NCBI GenBank assembly: GCA_965261395.1
Contig: OZ253462.1
Location: forward strand, 4,512,001 to 4,576,000
DNA from: Candidatus Latescibacterota bacterium
Lineage (GTDB): Bacteria; Latescibacterota; UBA2968; UBA8231
Direction: 5' to 3'
DNA: 64,000 nt
Positions 38,779 through 49,138 of the stretch are shown piece by piece (position 1 is the stretch's first letter; every line of letters starts with the position of its first letter). The notes below the pieces were generated by a model. That model was not told where the DNA came from, ran no database searches, and was given only the letters and a program-made list of their open reading frames with translations. The position numbers and the translations under genes are program-made.

Positions 38779-39741
38779 ATGACTATTAAAATCGGCTTTG
38801 TCGGCACGGGTGGCATCGCCAATCACCACCTACGCACCCTCGCCCAACTCGAAGAAGCCGAGCTTATTGCCTTTTGCGACGTAGTCGAGGAAAAGGCACT
38901 AGCAGCGGCCAGTGAGTACGGCGGCAGGGCCTATAGCCACTACGAAGCTCTGTACGACAGCGAGGCACTGGACGCGGTCTATATCTGCCTGCCGCCTTTT
39001 GCCCACGCGCAACCCGAGCTGGCAGCCATTGAGCGCGGCCTGCCCATTTTCGTAGAAAAACCCGTGGCGACCTCCCTGGACCAAGCCCATGCCGTTGAAG
39101 CGGCCATCCGCCGCCAAAACCTGATCAGCGCCGTGGGCTATCACTGGCGCTATATGGATACGACCGCCAAAGCGAGCGAATACCTCGGCGATGAGCCGGT
39201 GGGTTTTGCCCTTGGCGCTTGGACCGGCGGCATGCCCGGGGTGCCTTGGTGGCGAGTATTGGCCGAGAGCGGCGGCCAGATCGTCGAACAAACCACGCAC
39301 ATCTTCGACTTGGCCCGCTACCTGCTCGGAGAAGTCGAGAGCGTCCACGCCATGGCGCGCACTGGCCTGATGGAAGACGTCCCAAACTACGATGTCCACG
39401 ACGCCTCTGTCACCAATCTCCGCTTCCAAAGCGGCGCAGTGGCCAGCATCACCTCGGCCTGTATGCTCGCCGCAGGCGGGCATGTGGGCTTGGACTTCTA
39501 CCAGAAAAACCAAGTCCTGCGCATCGCATCCGGCGCGCTCACCATCGACCGCCCCAGCGGCCGGGAAGTCGTCGAACAGGGCAACAACCCAACGCAAGCC
39601 GAGGATCGCGCCTTTCTCCAAGCCGTGCAAACCGGCGATGCCACGGGTATCCGCTGCCCCTACTCAGAGGCGGTCAAGACCTTAGCCGTGACCCTCGCGG
39701 CAACCCAATCCGCCATAGAAGAGCGCGTCGTCTCGCTGTAG
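38779..39741 (+). CDS. Gfo/Idh/MocA oxidoreductase
   Basis: GFVGTGGIA, FVEKP, SGGQIVEQTTH. Confidence 0.9.
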   Translation: MTIKIGFVGTGGIANHHLRTLAQLEEAELIAFCDVVEEKALAAASEYGGRAYSHYEALYDSEALDAVYICLPPFAHAQPELAAIERGLPIFVEKPVATSLDQAHAVEAAIRRQNLISAVGYHWRYMDTTAKASEYLGDEPVGFALGAWTGGMPGVPWWRVLAESGGQIVEQTTHIFDLARYLLGEVESVHAMARTGLMEDVPNYDVHDASVTNLRFQSGAVASITSACMLAAGGHVGLDFYQKNQVLRIASGALTIDRPSGREVVEQGNNPTQAEDRAFLQAVQTGDATGIRCPYSEAVKTLAVTLAATQSAIEERVVSL

Positions 39742-39742
39742 G

Positions 39743-40294
39743 CTACTCGTCCTCGATCAGGTCGAAGTCGTGGATGTCCTCGCCGGCTTTGGCCGAGAGG
39801 ATATCCAGCGCGGCGCAGGCTCCGTCACCGGCGGAGATAATGGCCTGGATCTTCTTCAGGCGGGTGCTCCAGCCAATGACGTATAGCCCTTCGACCGAGG
39901 TGCGGCCATGGCGGTCGGCCGCCAACCCGTCGGCCTCTTTGGCCACGCCTAGGCTGTCGGCCAGCGGATTGCTCGGCCCGGTAGCCAAAATCAGATATTG
40001 GGCTTGGTGGCTTTGGCCATCGGCGGTCTCGACTACAAAGCCCTCTTCGCCCTTTTCGGCGCTACTGACTTCAACGTCCTGAACCTCCCCGCCAAAGCCG
40101 CGCACCTGCTCGCGGCCGATCTGCTGGAATTCGGGTCCGGCGATCTTGGGGATGCCCAAATAATTGTATAGCATGGCCTTGTGCATCAGGGTCTTGTCTT
40201 GGCCAAAGACGGTGACACTCATGTCGTTTTTGGCGAGAAAGAGCGCGGCACTCAATCCACCCGGCCCATCTCCGACGACGATAACATCCGGCAT
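39743..40294 (-). CDS. Short FAD-dependent thioredoxin-reductase-like protein
   Basis: VGDGPGGLSAA, LILATG, TSVEGLY, QAIISAGDG; lacks the central NADPH/CxxC domain. Confidence 0.8.
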   Translation of the reverse strand: MPDVIVVGDGPGGLSAALFLAKNDMSVTVFGQDKTLMHKAMLYNYLGIPKIAGPEFQQIGREQVRGFGGEVQDVEVSSAEKGEEGFVVETADGQSHQAQYLILATGPSNPLADSLGVAKEADGLAADRHGRTSVEGLYVIGWSTRLKKIQAIISAGDGACAALDILSAKAGEDIHDFDLIEDE

Positions 40295-40446
40295 TTTTCA
40301 GGCTCCTTTGGCTGTTGGTTAACAGCGCGCAAATAAGGCCGCTCGCGCGCAGGCTGTCAACTTGCCCCGACTAATACCACGCGGCGCGAATGTGATTGGA
40401 CACAACCTCCGTAGCGAGGACAATACGAGTCGTGATCATCGGCGGA

Positions 40447-43400
40447 TTATTCGCCCTCCGGCTCGAACACCAGCTCCGGCACCACTACCTCCCAAGCATC
40501 GCATTTCATGCTGTCGCGGTACTGAGGCTCCGACGCTTCGCGGCTCCAAGCCACGACGGCGAAGACCGTGGCGGACCTGCACCGCGTTCCCGGTGGGGGT
40601 TCAAACGCTTGGGCAAGACGCCCGACCACCATCCCCGACCGGTCCAACAATTCCCAAGATCCAGTTTTGGCAATCCGCGTTTCTAGCTGATCACCGGGCG
40701 ACAGAGCGGCAATCGCACGATGCACCGGATGGTTGGCGTGGCGACGCCCCACAAAACTCAGATAGACCTCGCGCAGACTGGGCCGCCGATATTGACGTGA
40801 GAGTTCTAAGGTTTCCGGCTGCAAGTCACCAGATGTGCGGTGCAAAACCGAGCCGTTGTTCGGAAAGGCATACGGCAGCGGGTGCAGGCGTCCCGAGTAC
40901 GCCGGGGGTGCAGGCTCCTTTACGAAATCATCCCGTGTGGTACCTACCGCGGGGCGCAATCCTTGAAAACGCACGAGCGCAAGGGTCTGCCGGGCGCGCG
41001 TCATGGCCACGTAGTAGAGCCTACGCGGCGCGTCCGGGTCCTCGCCCTTATCGACTTTGTCCCAACCTCCGTCGAGCACGGCCACATGGTCGAACTCCAA
41101 TCCCTTGGCGCGGTGTGCGGTTAGCAGTAAGAGCCCGCGCTGGCGGCGACGAATGTCTCGCCCCCACTCGGCCAACCACTCGATGAAGTGATCCACCGGC
41201 ATTTCTGCGTCGCTGGTCTCTAGGGAGTGCTCGTCCAAGGCTTGCCGCAGCAGGTCGTTCCATGGGCCGGGCACTTGCGCATCCAGCCAGCCCCTCAGAT
41301 CAGCACTGTCCACGCTCCGGGTTTCCCGTCCGCGCAGCCATTCAACAAGCGTTTGGGTTTCTCGCAGGTGCCAGAAGCTCGGGATTTCTTCATTCCCCAT
41401 CTGCACCGGGATACGATGGAGTTCGCAGAAGGCGCGTACCGGCTCCAGATACTTCCATTCGCGTGCGATCACCGCGCACTTGGACCAGTCCCAGTCCGAC
41501 GAAAGAGCGGCGAGACGCTGCAACTCTGTCATCGCAACTTGCGCTTGTGAGATTGGGTCGCGGGGCGCTGGCAGAGTCTGCACCCGACCTTGAGCGACCG
41601 AATCCAGCTCACTCCAGTCGCCGCCGGGCGGTTCCTTCTCGCGCGCCCGGTCAATGCGGATGGGATGCTCCGCCTTCATGCGTTGCCGGGCTGGCTCGAT
41701 CCACTCATTGGCCGCTGCGATTATGTGGCCAGTGGAACGATAGTTATCCGTCAGGAAAGTCGGCTTCGGCCCGTAATCCTCTTCAAAGCGACGGATAAAC
41801 TCCACTGAAGCACCGTTGAAGGCGTAGATGTTCTGATCGTCGTCGCCTACCGCAAAGATCGTCAGCTTAGCGTCCTCATCCTTCAAAGTGCGTCCAGCTA
41901 GGGCCGATATCAACTCGTATTGATCCGGGCCGATGTCTTGGTATTCGTCTACGAGTATCCAGCGGAAACCTGCGAGGAGCCGTTCACGTTGCTCGTCGGC
42001 TTCCTCTGGCTCCAGACCCTCGCCGCGCAACAGCGCCACTGCTTGGCGCAACACCTCCCGGAATGCACCGTCATCAAGTAGCTTCCTTTCCCGCTCCTGG
42101 AAGCTGACGCCGACCAGCCGCATGGCCAGCGCGTGGCAAGTGAGCACCGTTACTCCGCGAGCATCGTCGCCGATCAAATCCATGAGGCGTCGCCGGATCT
42201 CGACCGCCGCGTGCCGATTATAGGCCAAGGCTAGGATGCCGCGGGGATTCTCACGCTTTACGCGCACGAGGTAGGCGATGCGATGCACTAGCACTCGTGT
42301 CTTACCGGAACCGGGACCGGCTAGCACCAACACGTTTGTCTGCTTTCGATCATCCGCGACGATGTCTTGTTGGGTGCGATTATTCAGGCTTTCGACAATG
42401 TCTCTCCACGATTCGGGCGTAGTCTGCCGCTCAGTCTCCTTGTCCCGATCTGGCATCCAACGGCAGAGGAATTCCTCCTCTGTTAGGCTGAAGTAGTCCA
42501 TGGCCATAAGCATGGCATCGGTTATGGCCTCGCAGCCCCGTTCAGCGAACTCCTTCATCACATGGATCTGCAGTACCTGCCCCTTGTAATGGAGCACAAG
42601 CGGCTCGAAGTCTGTGTTGGCGAAGCCGCGTTTCTCTTCGGCTAGCCGGATCGTCATGGCCGGACGGAATACCGCTAGACCTTTGTTCAGGCGAATAACC
42701 TCCTGCTCGTGTAACCATAGAAGGGCGCGGTCCAACAACCTATCGTGGTTTGTGCTATTTTTCTTCAGAAACAGATCGGACTTAATCACTTCCAACAGCT
42801 TGCCGAGGGTAGTCTCAGCCAGCAAGTCCGTACCCCGACTCCCGCGCGGCAGGCAAGCGAGCAAGTGATCCAGCAGGAGTTTCGCTCCATCACGTCGGCG
42901 CGACGCGAGTTCCTCCAAATCCGACCACTCTCGCCGCAACGTCACCTGCATCATCTCCGAATCCCGCTGTTGCACCCCGATGCTGCCGGCGTCGCCCCCA
43001 TCGCCGCGCCCGTCGTAGGCAATGCTGCGGAGAATGCGCCGTAACCGTTCTGGCAATGGATCGGCCACTCCCGCATCTCTCAGGGTTTGCGCGGCGACGC
43101 GCAAATGCAGGGTTGAACTGTCTCCCTTGCCCATATCCGGTGCAGCCTCGCGCATCTGCGCGATCAGGGCGGTCTCCAACTCCGCCGCCGCCTCAAAGCG
43201 CTTCCGCGAGCTGCGCACTACTCCTGAGTGGACGAAGGCGGTCAGTGCCATATCGTTGATGGCGATGCCCAGGTCTTCCAAGTCGTACAGGGCACTGCGC
43301 ACACCTTCGGCGCTCAGGCCGGATACACCCATCAACTCGTCGGTAGAGATGCCCTCGTCGGGGTCGGCGTCAATCAGCGTCTCGACGATTCTGAGCAACC

Positions 43401-45627
43401 GTTGCCGATAGTCGTCGAGCACGGACGCCTTCGCCAACCGACTGCATGCTTCCTTCACCGAGTCCACCCGGAGAGACGAAGGAAATACCTGCACTTGGTT
43501 CTCTTCCCGGGTCAGTAGTACCGCCTCCTCAAGCCAAGAGATGGCGGTTCGCACGCGGGTATCATCGGTGACTGAGTCCCGCTCAAAGACCTTTTCCTCG
43601 TCCTCGCCGAGGATCTCGCCAGCAGTGGCCACGACCTCGCCACTCATACGCTTCTTCCGGTCCAAGTTGCGCAGTGCTCTCAGCACGCCGTGAATCTCTC
43701 GTCGAGTGAGCCGCGAACGCGCCGACAAGCGAAACTGCCACTCCACGTCGTCCGTCGCATAGAGCAGTACACAGCGCGCCGTCTGCCGGTCGCGTCCGGC
43801 ACGGCCTGCCTCCTGCAGGTAGTTCTCCAGCGAGCCTGGGATGTCGGCATGGATCACCAGCCTCACGTCCGGCTTGTCAATACCCATGCCGAAGGCATTA
43901 GTAGCCGCGATCACGCGCAGTTCGCCGCCGATGAAGCGCTGCTGTACACTCTTCTTGGTCTCCGGCGGCAGCCCGGCATGGAAGAAGTCTGCCGCAACCT
44001 CTTTATTCTGCAGGAACTCCGCTACCTCTTCGGTTCGCCGGCGCGTCGCACAATAGACGATGGCACCGCCGGGCGCATCCGGCGGCAGGTCGGCCATCAG
44101 GATCTGATGGATATGCGCGAATTTCTCTCCCCCAGTCGTCGGCACCACCGTGAACTCCAGATTGGTGCGACGGGCACCGCCGTCGAAAACCTTTAACTCG
44201 ACGCCAAGCTCGTCCCGGAAGTGATGCTGGATGTCCACCACCACGTCGGGCTTGGCGGTTGCAGTCAGGCAAAGCACCGGTGGGATCGGGTCTTGTCCCG
44301 CCTTTTCGCGGATGAAGCGTCCCACGTAGCGATAATCCGGTCGAAAGTCGTGCCCCCACTTCGAGAGGCAATGAGCCTCGTCCAGCACCCAAGCCCCGAT
44401 CTCGCGTTGATCGAGCACACGTCGCAGAGAACGGTTGCGGAGTTGCTCCGGCGAAATGATGAGAATACCTGTATCCCCCAAGCGTACCCGATCCAGCGCA
44501 TCGACCCGTTCTGGCATGGACAGCAACCCATTGATAGCCACGCACGAGCCGATTCCATGAGCCTCCAGCCCTGCCACCTGATCCGCCATAAGCGCAACCA
44601 AGGGTGAAATCACCACCGTGAGAGCGCCAGTCTTGTAGTAGCGGGATAGGGCCGGGATCTGGTAGCAGAGCGACTTGCCGGTGCCAGTGGGCAGAATGCC
44701 CAGAACGTGCTCCCCGGCCATTGCCGCCTCGACGATGGACTGCTGCATGGGCTGTTGTTTGTCCATGTCCTTCGGCTCCGGCCGGAAATCGTCAAAGCCG
44801 AACCAACGTTTAAGCTCCTTGCGAGCGTCGTGCCTTTCACGGCACCAGCCGCAATCCTCCTCGTCGCAGGGCATATCCCGTAGTTGGCGAACCAGCTTAC
44901 CGGCTTCTGGGAACTGATGTCGAACCCATGGCGGCATCACGGAATTGCCGCCGGAAACTGACAGCCAAGCCAGCGCGTACGCTAACGGCCAGCCGCATTG
45001 GGCGACATTTTCGAGAATATCTCGACCGCGATTCTGACAGGCTATACCCGCAAGCCGCTCGTGGACCGCCGCCTTCGCTACCGCGTCGGCTGGCCGAGGT
45101 CCGTACCGTATGGAGGCGAAAACGGCGTCGAATCCCGCGCCGTCGGGTAATGTCCCGGTCAGCCAATGCCATGCGGCGAGCAAGCCAAGCGGCGCATCGC
45201 GTAACGCAGTTTGCTGATCGTCGAAGACATCTAGCGCGAGCTGGGCATCCTGTGCCGGGTCGTTGATTCACCCGCGTTTGAGCTGTCCGTCCTGATAGTG
45301 TTTGACGAGGTGGTGATAGGGATTGCGGGGAAAGGCGAGGGGGTTGAGCCGCAGCGTATCCACCGCCGGCAGCTTCAACAGCCGGAGATCGGGCTTTGCT
45401 GCTTTCAGATGGAGCAGATCGAAATCAATCAGGTTGTGCCCGAGCAGAAAGTCCGCGCCATCAGCGAATTCGTCGAGCTCTGCCAACGCCGTTGCCAAGT
45501 CGCCACCGTGGAAGACTAGCGGTTGATCGACATTCGGACGTACCGCGGCGAAGGCATGAATGCAGCGATCCTGCTTACCGACCTCAAGGTCGAGCGAAAG
45601 GCAACGAGGCGAAAGGCTTGAATCCAT
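40447..45627 (-). pseudogene. Exonuclease-like + RecQ + UvrD fusion helicase (~1726 codons) interrupted by an in-frame TGA at 45268-45270
   Basis: ORFs 45268-45627 and 40447-45183 share a frame and the gap is open (RG*INDPAQDAQLAL); DLE/GHN..FD, PTGTGKS/DEAH, AGPGSGKT/DEYQD/HRAKGLEF. Confidence 0.8.
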
Positions 45628-45736
45628 AGCGATATGTAGAAGGCGGCGGATGTTTCCTATCTTCGCGGATTAAGACAAATAAAGGGCACTCTCAAAAGTC
45701 AGCTAATGAAATCGCACGATGCACCCAGGTAGTGAA

Positions 45737-47113
45737 TTAGCCACCGCCTTGTTTCTCTCCGAGTAACCGACGCAATTGCCCCACTAGGTAGAAAGGTACC
45801 GAGACCAATTCAAAGGATTGGGCCGCCATCTCAGGCAAGGCATAGCTAGCCGTATGCCAAGTGGGAGGAGCGCTGTTCACGCGCACCCCTATTTTCTGTG
45901 CCTTGGTCTTGAGAAAGACCTGCAACGACTTGAGCGTGCCGGTTTTGCCCGCCTTGACTTCGACGGGGATGATTTTAGTACCCACGCTGATCGCGTAATC
46001 GACTTCGGCATTGGAAGAGGACTTCTCCCGCATCCAGAAGAACAGCTCCGGCCGGACGAAGGAAGGCTGCCCGTAGAGCAGATGCTGTCCGACAAACTGC
46101 TCGCAAACACTCCCTTGGTTTACTTGCAGCACGTCCGTTGCGCTGGTAAAGTCCAGCAGGTTGAGGCCACAAGCACTGGACATCAAGCCGACGTCGAGGA
46201 ACAGCGGCTTGAACACGGTCTCTTTGATTTCCGCCCGTAGCGGGACGCCGTTGCAGGCACTGTGATGGACGCGCCAAGCAACTAGGGCCTTGCACAACAA
46301 CGACAAGGCATGGGCCAGATTTCGCGCCTGATCGTCCCGGTCAATATGGGCGTATTTCAGCCGTTGACCAATCAGTAGCGGGAGGCGGGTGAACACCTTG
46401 CGCAGCCGGTCGGGATCGGCCCTGCGCGCGTATTTGCCAAAATCCTCGGCAAAGGTCTCGAGGATCGATTGTTTCTCAGACTCGGTATCGGCAAGCGACG
46501 CGGACCGGGTGTAGGCAAACACGCTGGCTGGCATCCCTCCTACCACCAAGTACTGCCTCACGGCGTCCAGGAGCTGACGGTGCAAGGAATCGGGTATGGT
46601 GGCGGGGAACTCAAAGGAACGGATAAAGGAAACGAGGCGCTCTTTGCCTTGGGCCAGCAAAAATTCCTCAAAGGTCATAGGACCGAGATACAGGTATTCA
46701 ATGCGGCCGACAGGCACTGCAAAGGACGGCTCTGCCAGCGCGAATTCGAGCAGTGAACCCGCGGCGATGACGTGGATATCGGGTCGCTCCTCAAAGAAGT
46801 AGCGCAGCGCCTCGAAAACCTGTGGAGCCGCTTGAATCTCGTCGAGGAACAGGAGCGTTTCCCCGGGGTTGATAGCCGCGTTGTACTGCAACTCGATCAA
46901 CAGGAGGATCTGGTTGGGGTCTTTGGACGTAAATAGCTGTGCCAGGTCTGGTTGACGCTCGAAGTTCAACTCCACCGTATTGTCGAAGCACTCCTGGCCG
47001 AATTGCCGGATCAGATAGGTTTTACCCACCTGCCGAGCTCCCCGAACCACCAGCGGTTTGCGCTTTGGCTTGATCTGCCAGTTCTTCAGATCGCAAATTG
47101 CGGCTCGAAACAT
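45737..47113 (-). CDS. AAA+ ATPase with DUF4143 domain
   Basis: GARQVGKT, FLDEIQ, VGGMP, EVDY..PVEVKAG. Confidence 0.9.
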   Translation of the reverse strand: MFRAAICDLKNWQIKPKRKPLVVRGARQVGKTYLIRQFGQECFDNTVELNFERQPDLAQLFTSKDPNQILLLIELQYNAAINPGETLLFLDEIQAAPQVFEALRYFFEERPDIHVIAAGSLLEFALAEPSFAVPVGRIEYLYLGPMTFEEFLLAQGKERLVSFIRSFEFPATIPDSLHRQLLDAVRQYLVVGGMPASVFAYTRSASLADTESEKQSILETFAEDFGKYARRADPDRLRKVFTRLPLLIGQRLKYAHIDRDDQARNLAHALSLLCKALVAWRVHHSACNGVPLRAEIKETVFKPLFLDVGLMSSACGLNLLDFTSATDVLQVNQGSVCEQFVGQHLLYGQPSFVRPELFFWMREKSSSNAEVDYAISVGTKIIPVEVKAGKTGTLKSLQVFLKTKAQKIGVRVNSAPPTWHTASYALPEMAAQSFELVSVPFYLVGQLRRLLGEKQGGG

Positions 47114-47465
47114 TTCATTCCTATACGCATATAATACAACCGTGATAAAATTCTTACATGAATATTTTTATAGGGTTAAAATATGCGTGCACAACAAAAC
47201 TGCGTCAACCTTTCAAGGCATTCACCGCATAAAGACGATAGATATCCGCAGCGAACGCGATTCGCATCGCCATGATCAAGAGCACTGTCGCTAAATATTT
47301 CCAGCCGCAAGATGCCACCGGCATACATTGCGCTACGTCTTTGCATGGTCCTTAACGTAACTGCCGTACTCTGTTGCCCTCAGTTCGGGCAACTCCTAAA
47401 TTATTCATCTATATACATAATTTGGTCGCCTTCCGGCGGCCACCTAAATACAAAAGGTACCTAGC

Positions 47466-49124
47466 TTGATCTCCCCTACAGACGACGCGCTCGTCGCACA
47501 TTGGCAGCGCGAAACCGCTCCCTTATTGCCGCTTCTGCACGCCTTCCACGACCGCGACGGCTATTTGTCGGAAGAAGCTCTCAAGGCCGTATCAACGGGC
47601 CTGAAAATCCCCCTCGCCGAGCTTTTTGCCACCGTCACCTTTTACCACCACTTCGCCCGCCAAGTTCCCGGCCAAAGTGCCCCGCGCGTCTGCACCGGCC
47701 CGATATGCGCGCTGCGCGGAGCCGACGCGCTCTGCGCCAGCCTCGCCGACGCCACGCCCATGCCGTGCGCCGGCCGCTGCGACGATCCCATTCCGGTCAT
47801 CAAAGGCCATCAAGTGCTAGTCGGCACCGACGCGGACGCCCTTGCGCCTAGCCCCTCGCCCCTGCCCGTGCCCAATCCCGGCGGCTACGAGGAATGCGTC
47901 TTTGCCGACATCCGCGCTCCGGGCCGCGCCACCCTGTCCGGCTATCGCCAAAGCGGTGGGTACCAAGCACTGCAACAAGCTCTCGCCGGGGAGCCAGCCG
48001 AGTTAGTCGCCCTCGTAGCCGACAGTCAGCTCGCCGGCCGGGGCGGCGCGGGCTTTCCCACCGGCCAGAAGTGGCAGGCCGTTACCGAGGCCCCGGGCGA
48101 GCCTAAAACCGTCGTCTGCAATGCCGACGAAGGCGAGCCGGGCTGCTTTAAGGACCGCGCCCTCCTCGAATGGGATCCACACGCGGTCATCGAGGGTATG
48201 CTCCTAGCCGCGTACGCCACCGGCGCTACCCGCGCCTTTATCTATCTGCGCTACGAATACCCGGAAATCAACGCCATCCTCGCCAACGCGATAGCCGAGG
48301 CCCGCGCCGCCAATCTGATCGGCTCGCACATCCTCGGCAGCGACTTCTCTTGTGCGCTCGACATCCGCCGCGGTGCCGGCGCGTACATCTGCGGCGAGGA
48401 AGGCTCTTTGCTCAACAGCCTCGAAGGCAAACATCCCTATCCGCGCAACCGCCCGCCCTACCCGGTAACGCACGGTTTTGAAAACTTGCCCACGGCCGTC
48501 AACAACGTCGAAACCTTGGCCTCGGTGCCCCCGATCGTGCGGCGCGGTGCCGCGTGGTATCGCTCGTTGGGCCTCGACGGCCACCCGGGCACCAAGGTCA
48601 TCAGCCTCTCGGGCGACGTGCAGCGGCCGGGCAACTACGAAATCCCCTTTGGCCTGCCCCTCGACACCTTGCTCCACGAATGGGCCGGCGGGCCGGAGTT
48701 AGGCCGCCATATCCAAGCGGTTACTATGGCCGGCCTCTCGGGCGGCTTTCTCGCGGGCGACGACCTTAATACCACCCTCGACGAACCGGCGGTCCGCGCC
48801 CGTGGCTCGATCCTCGCCTCGGGCGGCATCATGGCCTTTGACGACCGCCGCGACATGGTGGACATCGCCCGCCAAGCCATGGCCTTCTTCGCCGAGGAAT
48901 CCTGCGGTAAGTGCTTCCCCTGTCGCATTGGTACTCAGCGGCTAACCGAGCGGCTTGATGGTGGCGGGCCTGCTGACCTAGCGACTTGGCGCGCCGAAGT
49001 AGAAGACATCGGCGACGTCATGAAGGCCACCAGCGCCTGCGGCCTCGGCGTGGCCGCCCCCTTTATCACCGATAGCCTTCTCAAGTACTTTCCCGACCAA
49101 GTGGCACAGCGCGTCTGCGCCTGA
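47466..49124 (+). CDS. Fused NuoE/NuoF-like flavoprotein subunit of NAD-dependent formate dehydrogenase
   Basis: TFYHHF, CTGPIC..CAGRC, GRGGAGFPTG, NADEGEPG, GAYICGEE, ESCGKCFPCRIG. Confidence 0.9.
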   Translation: MISPTDDALVAHWQRETAPLLPLLHAFHDRDGYLSEEALKAVSTGLKIPLAELFATVTFYHHFARQVPGQSAPRVCTGPICALRGADALCASLADATPMPCAGRCDDPIPVIKGHQVLVGTDADALAPSPSPLPVPNPGGYEECVFADIRAPGRATLSGYRQSGGYQALQQALAGEPAELVALVADSQLAGRGGAGFPTGQKWQAVTEAPGEPKTVVCNADEGEPGCFKDRALLEWDPHAVIEGMLLAAYATGATRAFIYLRYEYPEINAILANAIAEARAANLIGSHILGSDFSCALDIRRGAGAYICGEEGSLLNSLEGKHPYPRNRPPYPVTHGFENLPTAVNNVETLASVPPIVRRGAAWYRSLGLDGHPGTKVISLSGDVQRPGNYEIPFGLPLDTLLHEWAGGPELGRHIQAVTMAGLSGGFLAGDDLNTTLDEPAVRARGSILASGGIMAFDDRRDMVDIARQAMAFFAEESCGKCFPCRIGTQRLTERLDGGGPADLATWRAEVEDIGDVMKATSACGLGVAAPFITDSLLKYFPDQVAQRVCA

Positions 49125-49138
49125 ACGAGAGCCTTACC

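Noticed and set aside
45244-45270. Selenocysteine in the RecQ fusion
   Set aside because: Hairpin has only 4 bp and the context is not a redox motif; a nonsense mutation is simpler
47330-47465. Moco riboswitch or ModE box upstream of the FDH genes
   Set aside because: Two short hairpins and one CTATATA half-site only; no consensus could be recognised
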